In this document: piece after piece, positions 27,897-37,068 of the stretch
Layout: every line of letters begins with the position of its first letter
Position numbering within the stretch: the first letter of the stretch is position 1
Origin: Mycobacteriales bacterium
GTDB taxonomy: Bacteria > Actinomycetota > Actinomycetes > Mycobacteriales > Pseudonocardiaceae
Assembly (NCBI GenBank): GCA_038231335.1
Contig: JBBRLM010000010.1
Location: forward strand, 52,580-116,579
DNA length: 64,000 bases
Reading direction: 5' to 3'
Notes under the pieces: model-generated
What the model was told of the DNA's origin: nothing
The model's input: only the letters and a program-made list of their open reading frames with translations
Databases searched by the model: none
Made by a program: the position numbers and the translations under genes

Positions 27897-29084
27897 ATGG
27901 CGGGAGAACGTGAGGGCGTGCCCAGCGGGCGCCGGTTCGGTGACGGCCTCGCCGTCGGACCCGACCTCGAGGGCGCGGCCGAGGTGGCCGTCGGGCAGGC
28001 GCTCGGCGCCCTGGACGGGGTCACGCCCGACCTGATGTGCGTCTTCGTCGCGCCCGGTCCGGGCCACAGCGCCGACCAGGCCGGCACCGCGGGGGCGCGG
28101 GCGATGGAGCTGGCCGGTGCGGGCACCGCCATCGGCGCCACCGCGGGCGGGGTGATCGGCGACGGGCGCGGTGCGGAGAACGGTCCGGCCGTCGCGGTCT
28201 GGGTGGCCACGCTGCCCGGTACCCGGATCCGGCCCTACCGGCTCGAGGCGGAACGCAGCGAGGACGGCGTGCAGGTCACCGGCCTGCCCCAGCTGCTGTC
28301 CGACGACAGGATGGCCGCGATGCTCGTGGACCCCTACTCGTTCCCCGTCGGCGGCTTCCTCGAACGCAGCAACGTGATCATGCCCGGCTTCCCGCTGGTC
28401 GGTGGGCTGGCCGGGGCGGCGGGAGGCCCTGGTGCCAACCGGCTGTTCGTCGACGGTGAGGTGCACTCCCGCGGCGGCGTCGGCATCGTGCTGGGTGGCG
28501 AGGTCGGGGCGCGGGTCGTCGTCAGCCAGGGGTGCCGCCCGATCGGCCCGCCCATGACCGTCACCCGCGCCGATCGCAACGTGCTCCTGGAGCTGGCCGG
28601 CACGCCCGCCTACACACGGCTGGTGGAGATCGTCACCGCGCTGCCCGTCGGGGAGCAGGAGCTGGCCGCCCGCGGGCTGCACCTGGGCATCGTCATGGAC
28701 GAGTACGCGGAGGACCACGGCCGTGGGGACTTCCTCATCCGCGGCGTCGTCGGCGCCGACGAGGAGACCGGGGCCGTGGCCGTCGGCGACGTCGTCGAGG
28801 TGGGGCAGACCGTGCGATTCCAGGTCCGCGACGCCGCCGGCGCGGGGGAGGACCTCACCGAGCTGCTCGGCGGCACCGAGAATCCGGCCCGCGGCGCGTT
28901 GCTGTTCTCCTGCAACGGCCGCGGCACCGCGATGTTCCCCAGCGCCGACCACGACGTCCGCACGGTGCGCGACGCCCTGGGCGCCGAGGGAGTGGCCGGT
29001 TTCTTCGCGGCGGGCGAGATCGGCCCGGTGGGTGGCCGCAACCACCTCCACGGCTTCACCGCCTCGGTCCTCGCCTTCCGCTGA
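27897..29084 (+). CDS. FIST N + FIST C signal-transduction protein
   Basis: GGLAG, VSQGCRPIG, FSCNGRG, GFFAAGEIGP..NHLHGFTAS. Confidence 0.9.
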   Translation: MAGEREGVPSGRRFGDGLAVGPDLEGAAEVAVGQALGALDGVTPDLMCVFVAPGPGHSADQAGTAGARAMELAGAGTAIGATAGGVIGDGRGAENGPAVAVWVATLPGTRIRPYRLEAERSEDGVQVTGLPQLLSDDRMAAMLVDPYSFPVGGFLERSNVIMPGFPLVGGLAGAAGGPGANRLFVDGEVHSRGGVGIVLGGEVGARVVVSQGCRPIGPPMTVTRADRNVLLELAGTPAYTRLVEIVTALPVGEQELAARGLHLGIVMDEYAEDHGRGDFLIRGVVGADEETGAVAVGDVVEVGQTVRFQVRDAAGAGEDLTELLGGTENPARGALLFSCNGRGTAMFPSADHDVRTVRDALGAEGVAGFFAAGEIGPVGGRNHLHGFTASVLAFR

Positions 29085-29111
29085 GGCCTTGGCCAAGCCC
29101 CAACCCCAACA

Positions 29112-29266
29112 CCCCGGCGAGTTCGCCATCTCGACGCGGCGAGTTCGCGATTCCACCGCGCGAGTTCGCCGTTCTGCGCGCCGGAAGCGCGAATCGGCGG
29201 CACCAGATGGCGAACTCGGTCCGCGAAACGGCGAACTCGCGCGGTGAGACAGCGAACTCACCGGGG
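29112..29266. repeat. REP-like imperfect palindrome with ~21-nt internal period
   Basis: GCGAGTTCGC at 29117, 29139, 29160; inverted GCGAACTC at 29210, 29231, 29252; between convergent genes. Confidence 0.85.
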
Positions 29267-29269
29267 GCG

Positions 29270-30388
29270 TCAGGTGAGGGTGGCGAAGAACTTGCGGAGT
29301 TCCGCGACGTAGACCTCCGGCTGCTCCATGCTCGCGAAGTGGCCGCCTGTCTTCTGGCGGGTGAAGTGGCGCAGGTCGGTGTAGCGCTGCTCGATCCAGC
29401 TGCGTGGCATGCGGAACAGCTCCTGCGGGAACTGGGTGACGCCGGTCGGCACCGTGACGGGGTCGGTGTGACGGCGGCTGCGGAAGCTCTCCCAGTACAA
29501 CCGAGCCGACGACGCGCCGTTGCCGGGCAGCCAGTAGAGCATCACGTTGTCCAGGAGGCGGTCGCGGCTGATCACGTTCTCCGGGTGGCCGGCGCAGTCG
29601 GTCCAGTCCCAGAACTTCTCGACGATCCACGTGCACTGCGCCGACGGGGAGTCGAGGAGGCCGTAGCCGAGGGTCTGGGGCCGGGTGGACTGCTCGGCGG
29701 AGTAGCCGGTGCCCAGCCGCTGGAACGTCGCGCGGTCCTCGACGTCCTGCTTCTCGACCTCGGTCAGCGGCGGCACGGTCCCCTCGGCCGGGGGCATGGC
29801 CAGGGGCATCGTCAGGTGGATGCCGGCGAGGCCGGCGGGGGCCGCGACCCCGAGCGCCGTGGTGACGATCGAACCCCAGTCGCCGCCCGCGGCGACCCAG
29901 CGGTCGTAGCCGAGGCGGTCCATCAGCTGGGCCCACGCCGTTGCGATCCGCTCGACGCCCCACCCGGAGACGGTCGGCTTCGCGCTGAACCCGTAGCCGG
30001 GAAGCGACGGCGCGACGACGTGGAAGGTCTCGCTCAGCGGCCCGATCACGTCCAGGAACTCGACCACAGAGCCGGGCCAGCCGTGCGTCAGCAGCAGCGG
30101 CAACGCGTCCGGGTTCGACGAGCGGACGTGCAGGAAGTGGATGTCCAGCGAGTCGTCCCCGCCGCCGTCGAGCCCGGTGACGAACTGCGGGATCGCGTTG
30201 AGCTCGGCCTCGCAGCGCCGCCAGTCGTACCCGTCGGCCCAGTACGCGCAGAGCTCCTGCGCGTAGTCGAGCGGCACGCCCTGCGTCCAGCCCCCGACGG
30301 TGGCGGCCTCGGGCCACCGGGTCAGGGCCAGCCGCGCACGGAGGTCGTCGAGCTGGGCCTCGGGGATGTCGACACGGAACTCGCGCAT
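29270..30388 (-). CDS. Epoxide hydrolase (EHN + alpha/beta hydrolase)
   Basis: LLLTHGWPGSVVEF, GGDWGS, GGHFASMEQP. Confidence 0.93.
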   Translation of the reverse strand: MREFRVDIPEAQLDDLRARLALTRWPEAATVGGWTQGVPLDYAQELCAYWADGYDWRRCEAELNAIPQFVTGLDGGGDDSLDIHFLHVRSSNPDALPLLLTHGWPGSVVEFLDVIGPLSETFHVVAPSLPGYGFSAKPTVSGWGVERIATAWAQLMDRLGYDRWVAAGGDWGSIVTTALGVAAPAGLAGIHLTMPLAMPPAEGTVPPLTEVEKQDVEDRATFQRLGTGYSAEQSTRPQTLGYGLLDSPSAQCTWIVEKFWDWTDCAGHPENVISRDRLLDNVMLYWLPGNGASSARLYWESFRSRRHTDPVTVPTGVTQFPQELFRMPRSWIEQRYTDLRHFTRQKTGGHFASMEQPEVYVAELRKFFATLT

Positions 30389-30390
30389 TG

Positions 30391-31134
30391 CTAGAGCTGC
30401 ACTCCTCGGGTCAGGGCCCCGTCGACGACCAGGTTGGTGCCCGTGATGAACGACGCCCGCGGGCTCGCGAGCATCGTGACGGCGTAGGCGACCTCCTGCG
30501 CGGTGGCCATCCGTCCGGTGGGGTTGAGGCTCATCGCGGTGGAGAACAGGTCGGGGTTGCCGCCCTCGATGCCCTCCCACACCCCGCCGGGGAAGTAGGT
30601 GTTTCCCGGCGACACGCAGTTGGCCCGCGCGCCGGACGGGGCGAGCTGGAACGCGAGCCCGGAGATGTAGTGCACGACGGCGGCCTTCATGGTGCCGTAG
30701 GCGTCCTTGGCGAAGTCGACCTCGCGGCCCGACACCGACGCCACCGCGACGACCGACCCCTTCGACGCCTCCAGGTACGGCGTGGCGGCCTCGGACATGC
30801 GGACGGTGTGCATGAGGTCGACCTCGAAGCCGGCCTTCCAGTTGTCCTCGCCCGGGCCGATGGCCAGCGCGCTGACGTTGGCGACGGCCACATCGATCCC
30901 GCCGAGCTGCTCGGCCGAGGCGGTCACCCACGCGGTGAGCGCCGCGCCGTCGGCGACGTCGAGCGAGGTGCCGACCGCTCCCAGCTCCCCGGCCGCCTTC
31001 TCCACCTCCGCGGCGTTGCGCGCGCAGAAGGCGACCTTCGCGCCCTCGGCCAGCAGCGCCTCCACCACTGCGCGCCCGATGCCTTTGGTGCCGCCGGTGA
31101 CGAGAGCGACCTTGCCCATGAGTCCGAGATCCAT
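30391..31134 (-). CDS. Classical SDR oxidoreductase
   Basis: TGGTKGIG, YGTMK, NCVSPG, TGTNLVVDG. Confidence 0.92.
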   Translation of the reverse strand: MDLGLMGKVALVTGGTKGIGRAVVEALLAEGAKVAFCARNAAEVEKAAGELGAVGTSLDVADGAALTAWVTASAEQLGGIDVAVANVSALAIGPGEDNWKAGFEVDLMHTVRMSEAATPYLEASKGSVVAVASVSGREVDFAKDAYGTMKAAVVHYISGLAFQLAPSGARANCVSPGNTYFPGGVWEGIEGGNPDLFSTAMSLNPTGRMATAQEVAYAVTMLASPRASFITGTNLVVDGALTRGVQL

Positions 31135-32129
31135 CAGACGAGTCCTTTCGAGAGGGAACGCAGGTGGCGGTGCATGCCGCCGTACGCGTCGGCCGCGGGC
31201 AGCAGGGCCTTCTCGATCTTCGTGATCGCGCTGTAGTTCGCGTCGACGACGTTGGCCAGCGGCGAGAGGCTGATCTGGGTGAGCAGCTGGTAGGCGTCGA
31301 GCCGGTCCAGCCCGTACAGCTCGCCGAGCCACGCGATCATGCCCATCTGGCTGGCGCGCCACGCGTCCTCCAGCGGCCGCGCCGACCCGACGACGACGTA
31401 GTGGTCGTCGTGCTCCAGGCGTGGCCATTCCGGAGCGCCTCCCTTCACGAGGTCGACGACCACCGTCACGTCCATCGCGCCCTCGACGGCGGTGCCGCAG
31501 CTCTCCCCCTCGCCCTGCCGGTAGTGCCCGTCGCCGAGGGAGAACAGGGCGCCCTCGACGTTGACGCCGAGGAAGCAGGTGGTGCCGGCCTTCATCTCCG
31601 GGGTGTCCATGTTGCCGCCGAACTTGTCGGGCACCAGGCTCGTGCGCACCTCGCGACCGGCCGGGGCGACGCCGACGGTGCCCAGCATGGGAGCGACCGG
31701 CAGCTCCAGGCTGAGGTTCTTCGCCTCGTAGAGCACCGTGCCCTTCGTCCGGTCGAGCTGGTAGATCCACGTCCGCTCGGGCAGCGGCTCCTGCAGCAGT
31801 GCCGTCCGGTCGGTGCCGGTCAGCGCGCCGAAGAACGGAATGGTGGTGGACGCGGCCCAGTCCCGGGCGGGCGTCAGGTCGACGATGTGGATGGCGAGCG
31901 TGTCGCCCGGCTCCGCGCCCTCGACGTAGAAGGGGCCGGTCTGCGGGTTCACCTCGTTCATGTCGAGCACCGGGCTCGGCATGTCCGTGACCCGCTGCAG
32001 GCGCCCGGAGAAGGCGTCCTCGGTCCACAGCTTCAGTGCCGTGCCGGGCCTGATCCGGTGGGTGGGTGCGGCACCCCCGAACGTCCACGCGAACTGGTGC
32101 GGCTCGGGGCGGAACTCCACGACGTCCAT
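31134..32129 (-). CDS. Acetamidase/formamidase-family protein
   Basis: NPQTGPFYVEGAEPGD, FGGNMD, GDGHYRQGEGE. Confidence 0.92.
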   Translation of the reverse strand: MDVVEFRPEPHQFAWTFGGAAPTHRIRPGTALKLWTEDAFSGRLQRVTDMPSPVLDMNEVNPQTGPFYVEGAEPGDTLAIHIVDLTPARDWAASTTIPFFGALTGTDRTALLQEPLPERTWIYQLDRTKGTVLYEAKNLSLELPVAPMLGTVGVAPAGREVRTSLVPDKFGGNMDTPEMKAGTTCFLGVNVEGALFSLGDGHYRQGEGESCGTAVEGAMDVTVVVDLVKGGAPEWPRLEHDDHYVVVGSARPLEDAWRASQMGMIAWLGELYGLDRLDAYQLLTQISLSPLANVVDANYSAITKIEKALLPAADAYGGMHRHLRSLSKGLV

Positions 32130-32174
32130 CGGCGTGATCGTCGCCCCGCACCGGGCCTTCCGCAAGAGCAGGGC

Positions 32175-32205
32175 TTGACCTTCCAGCAGCTGGAACTCCT
32201 AGCGT
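32175..32205 (+). promoter_or_regulatory. MerR-type promoter/operator
   Basis: TTGACC-N19-TAGCGT with TTCCAGC-A-GCTGGAA dyad in the spacer; 7 nt before ATG 32213. Confidence 0.8.
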
Positions 32206-32212
32206 CGCGGAC

Positions 32213-33076
32213 ATGACCATCGAGGTGATCGACACCTACTCCGCCATGAGGCGGATCCTGACCGCCCCGCGCGGGGAGCGACCGCGGCTCCTGCGGGAGA
32301 TGCTCGAACCGGCCGCGGGCATGTACAGGTACTTCCCGGGCGAGCCCGATCTGGTCGCCCTGCACCACATGGGCAGCGGGTTCCGCGTCGACCGCGACGA
32401 GCCCCGTGCGCTCCCGGCCCTCGAGGCCCTGGACGGGGTGTGGGAGCGGGTCGCCACCGCCCTCGACGACGCAGCGGCGCTGCAGCTGGCCGCCACGCCG
32501 GACATCCGCGTGCCCGACATCCAGGTCGTCATCGTGCTGGGCGATCCGGCGGACGCGCACTTCATGGACGTCACCCTCGGGATGAGCGCCAACGGCAGCA
32601 CCACCGGCTACGTGTGGCTCAACTTCTGGCCGAGCCCCGAGAACCTCGCGCGGGTGGAGGCGACGGCGGTGCACGAGTTGAACCACAACCTGCGCTACGC
32701 CAACGCGCCGCAGTTCTGGAACCCGGCGACAGTGGCGGTCGGCGAACAGGTCGTCAGCGAGGGGCTGGCCGACGCCTTCGCCCGTCAGATGTACGGGGAG
32801 CTCGGCTACACCCGCATCGGCCTGGCCGCGCAGCACGACGAGGCGGCGTTCGAGAAGGTCGTGGCCGGTCTGGGCGTCACCGGCATGCAGAACTTCGCCG
32901 CGTACGTGCACGGCGACGCCACGGCAGCCCGGTTCGGCGCCACGCCGGTGGGGCTGCCGACGGGCGCCGGGTACGCGGTCGGCAACCGGCTGGTCGACGC
33001 CTACCTGACCGCGACCGGGCGGACCGCGGCCGAGGCGTTGCTGGTGGACGCATCGGATGTCATCCGTTTCGCGTGA
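32213..33076 (+). CDS. DUF2268-like predicted Zn-dependent protease
   Basis: HELNH (HExxH) plus SEGLADAFA; GYAVG. Confidence 0.82.
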   Translation: MTIEVIDTYSAMRRILTAPRGERPRLLREMLEPAAGMYRYFPGEPDLVALHHMGSGFRVDRDEPRALPALEALDGVWERVATALDDAAALQLAATPDIRVPDIQVVIVLGDPADAHFMDVTLGMSANGSTTGYVWLNFWPSPENLARVEATAVHELNHNLRYANAPQFWNPATVAVGEQVVSEGLADAFARQMYGELGYTRIGLAAQHDEAAFEKVVAGLGVTGMQNFAAYVHGDATAARFGATPVGLPTGAGYAVGNRLVDAYLTATGRTAAEALLVDASDVIRFA

Positions 33077-33155
33077 TCGCCGCGCTTCGAGGCGAAGATC
33101 GACGTCAGACGCATGTCGTCGTCCTCCGGCGGGCGTTCCGGTGCGCTCGTGGCGA

Positions 33156-33905
33156 TCATGCGCCCAGTGCCCGTGAGATCCCCCGCGCCGCCGCCCGGAC
33201 GACGGGGACGTAGGGCCGCGCGTCGCCGGCACCCGCGCCAGCGCCCTCGGCCGGCACCACCACCGACAGCGCCGCGACCACCTCACCGCGCGGCCCGTGC
33301 ACGGGCGCGGCCACCGACAGCGCGATCAGCTCGATCTGCCCGTCGCTGACGGCCACACCGGTACGCCGCACCTCCGCCAACGCGTGGCGCAGCTCGTCGG
33401 GCCGGCAGAGGGTCTTCGCCGTGTAGCGGCGGAGCCGGCCGGCCAGCACCTGTTCCTGCAGTTCGGGGGAGGCATGAGCCAGCAGCGCCAGGCCGACGCC
33501 GGTGGCGTGCAGCGGCAGCCGCCCGCCGACCCGCGTGATGACGTTGACGGCGCCGCGGCCCGACAGCCGTTCGACATAGACGGCGTCGGTCCCGTCGAGC
33601 ACCGCGAGCTGCACGTTCTGGCGGGTCACCTCGACAAGGTCCTCCAGGAACGGCATCGCCGACTCGCGCAGCCCCAGCCCGCGCGGCGCGAGCGCGCCGA
33701 CCTCCCACAGGCGCAGTCCCACGCGGTAGCGGCCGTCGTCGGCCCGCTCCAGGGCGCGCCAGGCGGTGAGCTCGCCGACCAACCGGTGCGCGGTGGTCAG
33801 GGGCAGCGAAGCGCGGCGCGCGATCTCGGTGAGCATCAGCTCCGTGTGCCCGGCGTCGAACGCGGCCAGCACTGCCAGCACGCGCGCCGTCACCGTGTCG
33901 CCCAC
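33156..33905 (-). CDS. IclR-family regulator (PobR/PcaR-like)
   Basis: LPLTTAHRL HTH, RLPLHATGVG; divergent from pobA. Confidence 0.92.
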   Translation of the reverse strand: MGDTVTARVLAVLAAFDAGHTELMLTEIARRASLPLTTAHRLVGELTAWRALERADDGRYRVGLRLWEVGALAPRGLGLRESAMPFLEDLVEVTRQNVQLAVLDGTDAVYVERLSGRGAVNVITRVGGRLPLHATGVGLALLAHASPELQEQVLAGRLRRYTAKTLCRPDELRHALAEVRRTGVAVSDGQIELIALSVAAPVHGPRGEVVAALSVVVPAEGAGAGAGDARPYVPVVRAAARGISRALGA

Positions 33906-33915
33906 GGGTGAGAGT

Positions 33916-33932
33916 CTTCCGCTCAACGGAAG
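33916..33932. promoter_or_regulatory. IclR-type operator
   Basis: CTTCCG-CTCAA-CGGAAG between iclR and pobA. Confidence 0.7.
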
Positions 33933-33974
33933 GTGCGTCGAGTGCGGGTCGGTCGTCCCGCCATCCTCGGAGCC

Positions 33975-35129
33975 ATGCGCACCCAGGTGGGAATCGTGGG
34001 AGCGGGACCGGCAGGGTTGCTGTTGTCGCACCTTCTGTCCCGCCAGGGAATCGAGTCGGTGGTGCTGGAAGCACGCAGCCGCTCCTACGTCGAGCAGCGG
34101 GTGCGGGCCGGAGTGTTGGAGCACCCGACCGTCGAGCTGCTGCGCGAGGTCGGGCTCGGTGGGCGGATGGACGCCGAGGGTCTGCCGCACCAGGGCATCT
34201 CGCTGCGGTTCTCCGACGAGGACCACCGCATCGACTTCGCCGAGCTGGTCGGCCGCGGCATCGTCGTCTACGGGCAGCAGGAGGTGGTCAAGGACCTCAT
34301 CGCCGCGCGGCTGGCCGACGGCGGGGACCTGCGCTTCGAGGTCTCCGATCTGACCATCGACGGCATCACGGACGACCCCGTGATCACCTACACCCGCGAC
34401 GGGCAGCGCGAGGAGCTGCACTGCGAGGTCATCGCGGGCTGCGACGGCTTCCACGGGATCAGCCGCGGGGCCTTCGCCGGCGAGGTGTTCGACCGGCAGT
34501 ACCCGTTCGCCTGGCTCGGCATCCTCGCCAAGGCCGCGCCGATCCAGGACGAGCTCGTCTACGCCAACCATCCCCACGGATTCGCGCTCTACTCGATGCG
34601 CAGCCCTGAGGTGACGCGCCTCTACCTGCAGGTGCCGCCCGACACCGACGCGAGCACGTGGTCCGAGGCGCAGGTCTGGGACGAGCTGCGGCTGCGGCTG
34701 GGCACCGAGATCAACGAGGGCCCGCTGATCGAGAAGAGCGTGACGGGCATGCGCAGTTTCGTGACCGAGCCCATGCGGCACGGGAAGCTGTTCCTCGCCG
34801 GCGACGCCGCCCACATCGTGCCGCCGACCGGCGCGAAGGGCATGAATCTCGCGATAGCCGACGTGCGGATCCTCGCCGACGCGCTCGAGACGTACCTGCG
34901 GAAGGGGGACGAAACCGGCATCGACGGCTACTCCGACACCTGCCTGCGCCGCGTCTGGCGCGCCGAGCACTTCTCGTGGTGGATGACCTCGATGCTGCAT
35001 AACTTCCCCGACGAGGACGCGTTCCAACGCAAGATCCAGCTCTCGCAGCTGCGCTATACGGTCTCCTCGACGGCCGCGGCCACCAGCCTCGCCGAGAACT
35101 ACGTCGGCCTGCCCCACGGAGCGATCTGA
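33975..35129 (+). CDS. pobA: 4-hydroxybenzoate 3-monooxygenase
   Basis: GAGPAGL, RVRAGVLE, GCDGFHG, GDAAHIVPPTGAKGMNLA, LAENYVGLP. Confidence 0.96.
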   Translation: MRTQVGIVGAGPAGLLLSHLLSRQGIESVVLEARSRSYVEQRVRAGVLEHPTVELLREVGLGGRMDAEGLPHQGISLRFSDEDHRIDFAELVGRGIVVYGQQEVVKDLIAARLADGGDLRFEVSDLTIDGITDDPVITYTRDGQREELHCEVIAGCDGFHGISRGAFAGEVFDRQYPFAWLGILAKAAPIQDELVYANHPHGFALYSMRSPEVTRLYLQVPPDTDASTWSEAQVWDELRLRLGTEINEGPLIEKSVTGMRSFVTEPMRHGKLFLAGDAAHIVPPTGAKGMNLAIADVRILADALETYLRKGDETGIDGYSDTCLRRVWRAEHFSWWMTSMLHNFPDEDAFQRKIQLSQLRYTVSSTAAATSLAENYVGLPHGAI

Positions 35130-35845
35130 TGACGTCCACCCAGCCCGCCGGCTACCGGCCGGCCCCCGAGGGCACCCACCCGCCCCTCCTCTCCCCGGGA
35201 TACAAGAGCACCGGCCTGCGCGCGCCGTCGCAGCCGCTGGTGGTGCTGCGCGACCGGCTCACCGAGGTCACCGGCCCGCTGCTCACCGGGCCCATCGGCC
35301 CCAACGATCACGACCTCACCACCCAGCACGCCGGCGAGGCCGTCGGCCAGCGGATCGTGGTGTTCGGTCAGGTCCGCGACTCCGACGGCCGCGCCGTCCC
35401 CGACACGCTCGTCGAGGTGTGGCAGGCCAACGCGGCCGGCCGCTACGCCCATGCCCGCGACAACTGGCCCGCCCCGCTCGACCCCAACTTCTCCGGTGGC
35501 GGCCGCGTTCTCACCGACGCGCACGGCCACTACTCGTTCACGACGATCAAGCCCGGCGCCTACCCGTGGGGCAACCACCACAACGCCTGGCGCCCCGCGC
35601 ACATCCACTTCTCGCTGTTCGGCCGGGCGTTCACCCAGCGCCTCGTCACGCAGATGTACTTCCCGGACGACCCCCTGTTCGCCCAGGACCCGATCTTCAA
35701 CTCCGTGCCCGACGAGAAGGCCCGGCAGCGCATGATCTCCACGTTCGACCTGGACGCCACCCGCCCCGACTGGGCCCTGGCCTTCCGGTTCGACATCGTC
35801 CTGCGCGGACGCGAGCAGACGCCGTTCGAGGAGGCGCACGCATGA
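35129..35845 (+). CDS. pcaH: Protocatechuate 3,4-dioxygenase beta subunit
   Basis: WQANAAGRY, PGAYPWGNHHNAWRPAHIHFS. Confidence 0.96.
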   Translation: MTSTQPAGYRPAPEGTHPPLLSPGYKSTGLRAPSQPLVVLRDRLTEVTGPLLTGPIGPNDHDLTTQHAGEAVGQRIVVFGQVRDSDGRAVPDTLVEVWQANAAGRYAHARDNWPAPLDPNFSGGGRVLTDAHGHYSFTTIKPGAYPWGNHHNAWRPAHIHFSLFGRAFTQRLVTQMYFPDDPLFAQDPIFNSVPDEKARQRMISTFDLDATRPDWALAFRFDIVLRGREQTPFEEAHA

Positions 35846-36384
35846 CCGAGACGCCTTCGCAGACTGTGGGCCCCTTCCTGAGCATCGGCCTGACCTGGGC
35901 AGACGGTCACCTCGTCGTGCCCGAGGGCTCGCCCGGCGCCGTCCGGATCACCGGGATCGTGCGCGACGGCGCCGGGGCCGTGGTGCCCGACGGGCTCATC
36001 GAGACCTGGCAGGCCGACGCCGACGGCCGGTTCGACCACCCCGACGACCCCCGCGGCGCGTCCGGCTCCGGGTTCGGCGGTTTCGGCCGCTGCGCCACCG
36101 ACCCCGAGGGCCGGTTCACGATCGTCACGGTCAAGCCGGGCGCGCTCGGCGACGGTCAGGCCCCGCACATCGACGTCTCGGTGTTCGCGCGCGGCCTGCT
36201 CGACCGGGTGGTCACGCGCATCTACTTCCCCGACGAGACCGCGGCCAACGCCACCGACCCACTGCTGTCCTCCCTGACCCCGGAGCGGGCGGCCACTCTG
36301 GTCGCGGTGTCAACGGCCGACGGAGAGCTGACGTTCGACGTCCGGCTGCAGGGAGAGGACGAAACGGTCTTCCTGGTCGTGTGA
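35842..36384 (+). CDS. pcaG: Protocatechuate 3,4-dioxygenase alpha subunit
   Basis: ETPSQTVGPF, WQADADG, APHI..FARGLL, ETVF. Confidence 0.96.
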   Translation: MTETPSQTVGPFLSIGLTWADGHLVVPEGSPGAVRITGIVRDGAGAVVPDGLIETWQADADGRFDHPDDPRGASGSGFGGFGRCATDPEGRFTIVTVKPGALGDGQAPHIDVSVFARGLLDRVVTRIYFPDETAANATDPLLSSLTPERAATLVAVSTADGELTFDVRLQGEDETVFLVV

Positions 36385-36402
36385 ACGGTTACCCTGGACG
36401 GG

Positions 36403-36897
36403 GTGTTCGAGCGATTCAGTGATCAGGCCCGTCGCACGGTCGTCCTCGCGCAGGAGGAGTCCCGTCGCCTGGGCCACCGGGTCGTCGGTGCACCCCACCT
36501 CCTGCTCGGCGGGCTGTCCCTCGGCGATCCGCTGCCGCACGGCGATCTGGTCCGCACCGCGTTGATCGAGGCGCTGGGGCCGGGCCAGACCCAGCCGGAC
36601 GGCGGGCACATCCCGTTCACGCCGGGCGCGAAAGCCTCCCTCGAGCGCGCCCTGCGCACCGTCGACGGCGAACATCGGGAGGAGATCACCCGCCACGACC
36701 TCCTGCTCGCCCTCCTGGATCAGCCCGAGGTGGCCGAACCGCTGGAGGCCGTCCTCGACCTCGACGCCCTGCGCGCGGCGGTGGCCGCCGCTCGCGTCAC
36801 CCCGGAGAGATCGACCAACGGCGACACCGAGGTCCTGCGCCTGCTCCGCGAGATCGTGCGTCGCCTGGACGCGATCGAGGCCCGCCTCGACCACTGA
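36403..36897 (+). CDS. Stand-alone Clp N-terminal (Clp-R) domain protein
   Basis: MFERFSDQARRTVVLAQEESRRLGH, HIPFTPGAK; no AAA+ module; C-terminal helix. Confidence 0.85.
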   Translation: MFERFSDQARRTVVLAQEESRRLGHRVVGAPHLLLGGLSLGDPLPHGDLVRTALIEALGPGQTQPDGGHIPFTPGAKASLERALRTVDGEHREEITRHDLLLALLDQPEVAEPLEAVLDLDALRAAVAAARVTPERSTNGDTEVLRLLREIVRRLDAIEARLDH

Positions 36898-37068
36898 CGG
36901 CGCGCCGCCAACGGGCCGGGCGAACCGGTGGCGACGATCACGTCGAACACGCCGGAGATCGCGGAATCACCCGACGATCACAGGGTTCACACCGATGAGG
37001 GACAGCGCACAGCAGGTGTGGCGTGGGAGAAACGCCGGGTAGTGCTCGGCAACAGGTCAGGAGGGGAC

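Noticed and set aside
29112-29266. Possible CRISPR array (regularly spaced repeats)
   Set aside because: Repeat is only 10 nt with 11-12 nt gaps, half the copies are inverted, and there are no cas genes
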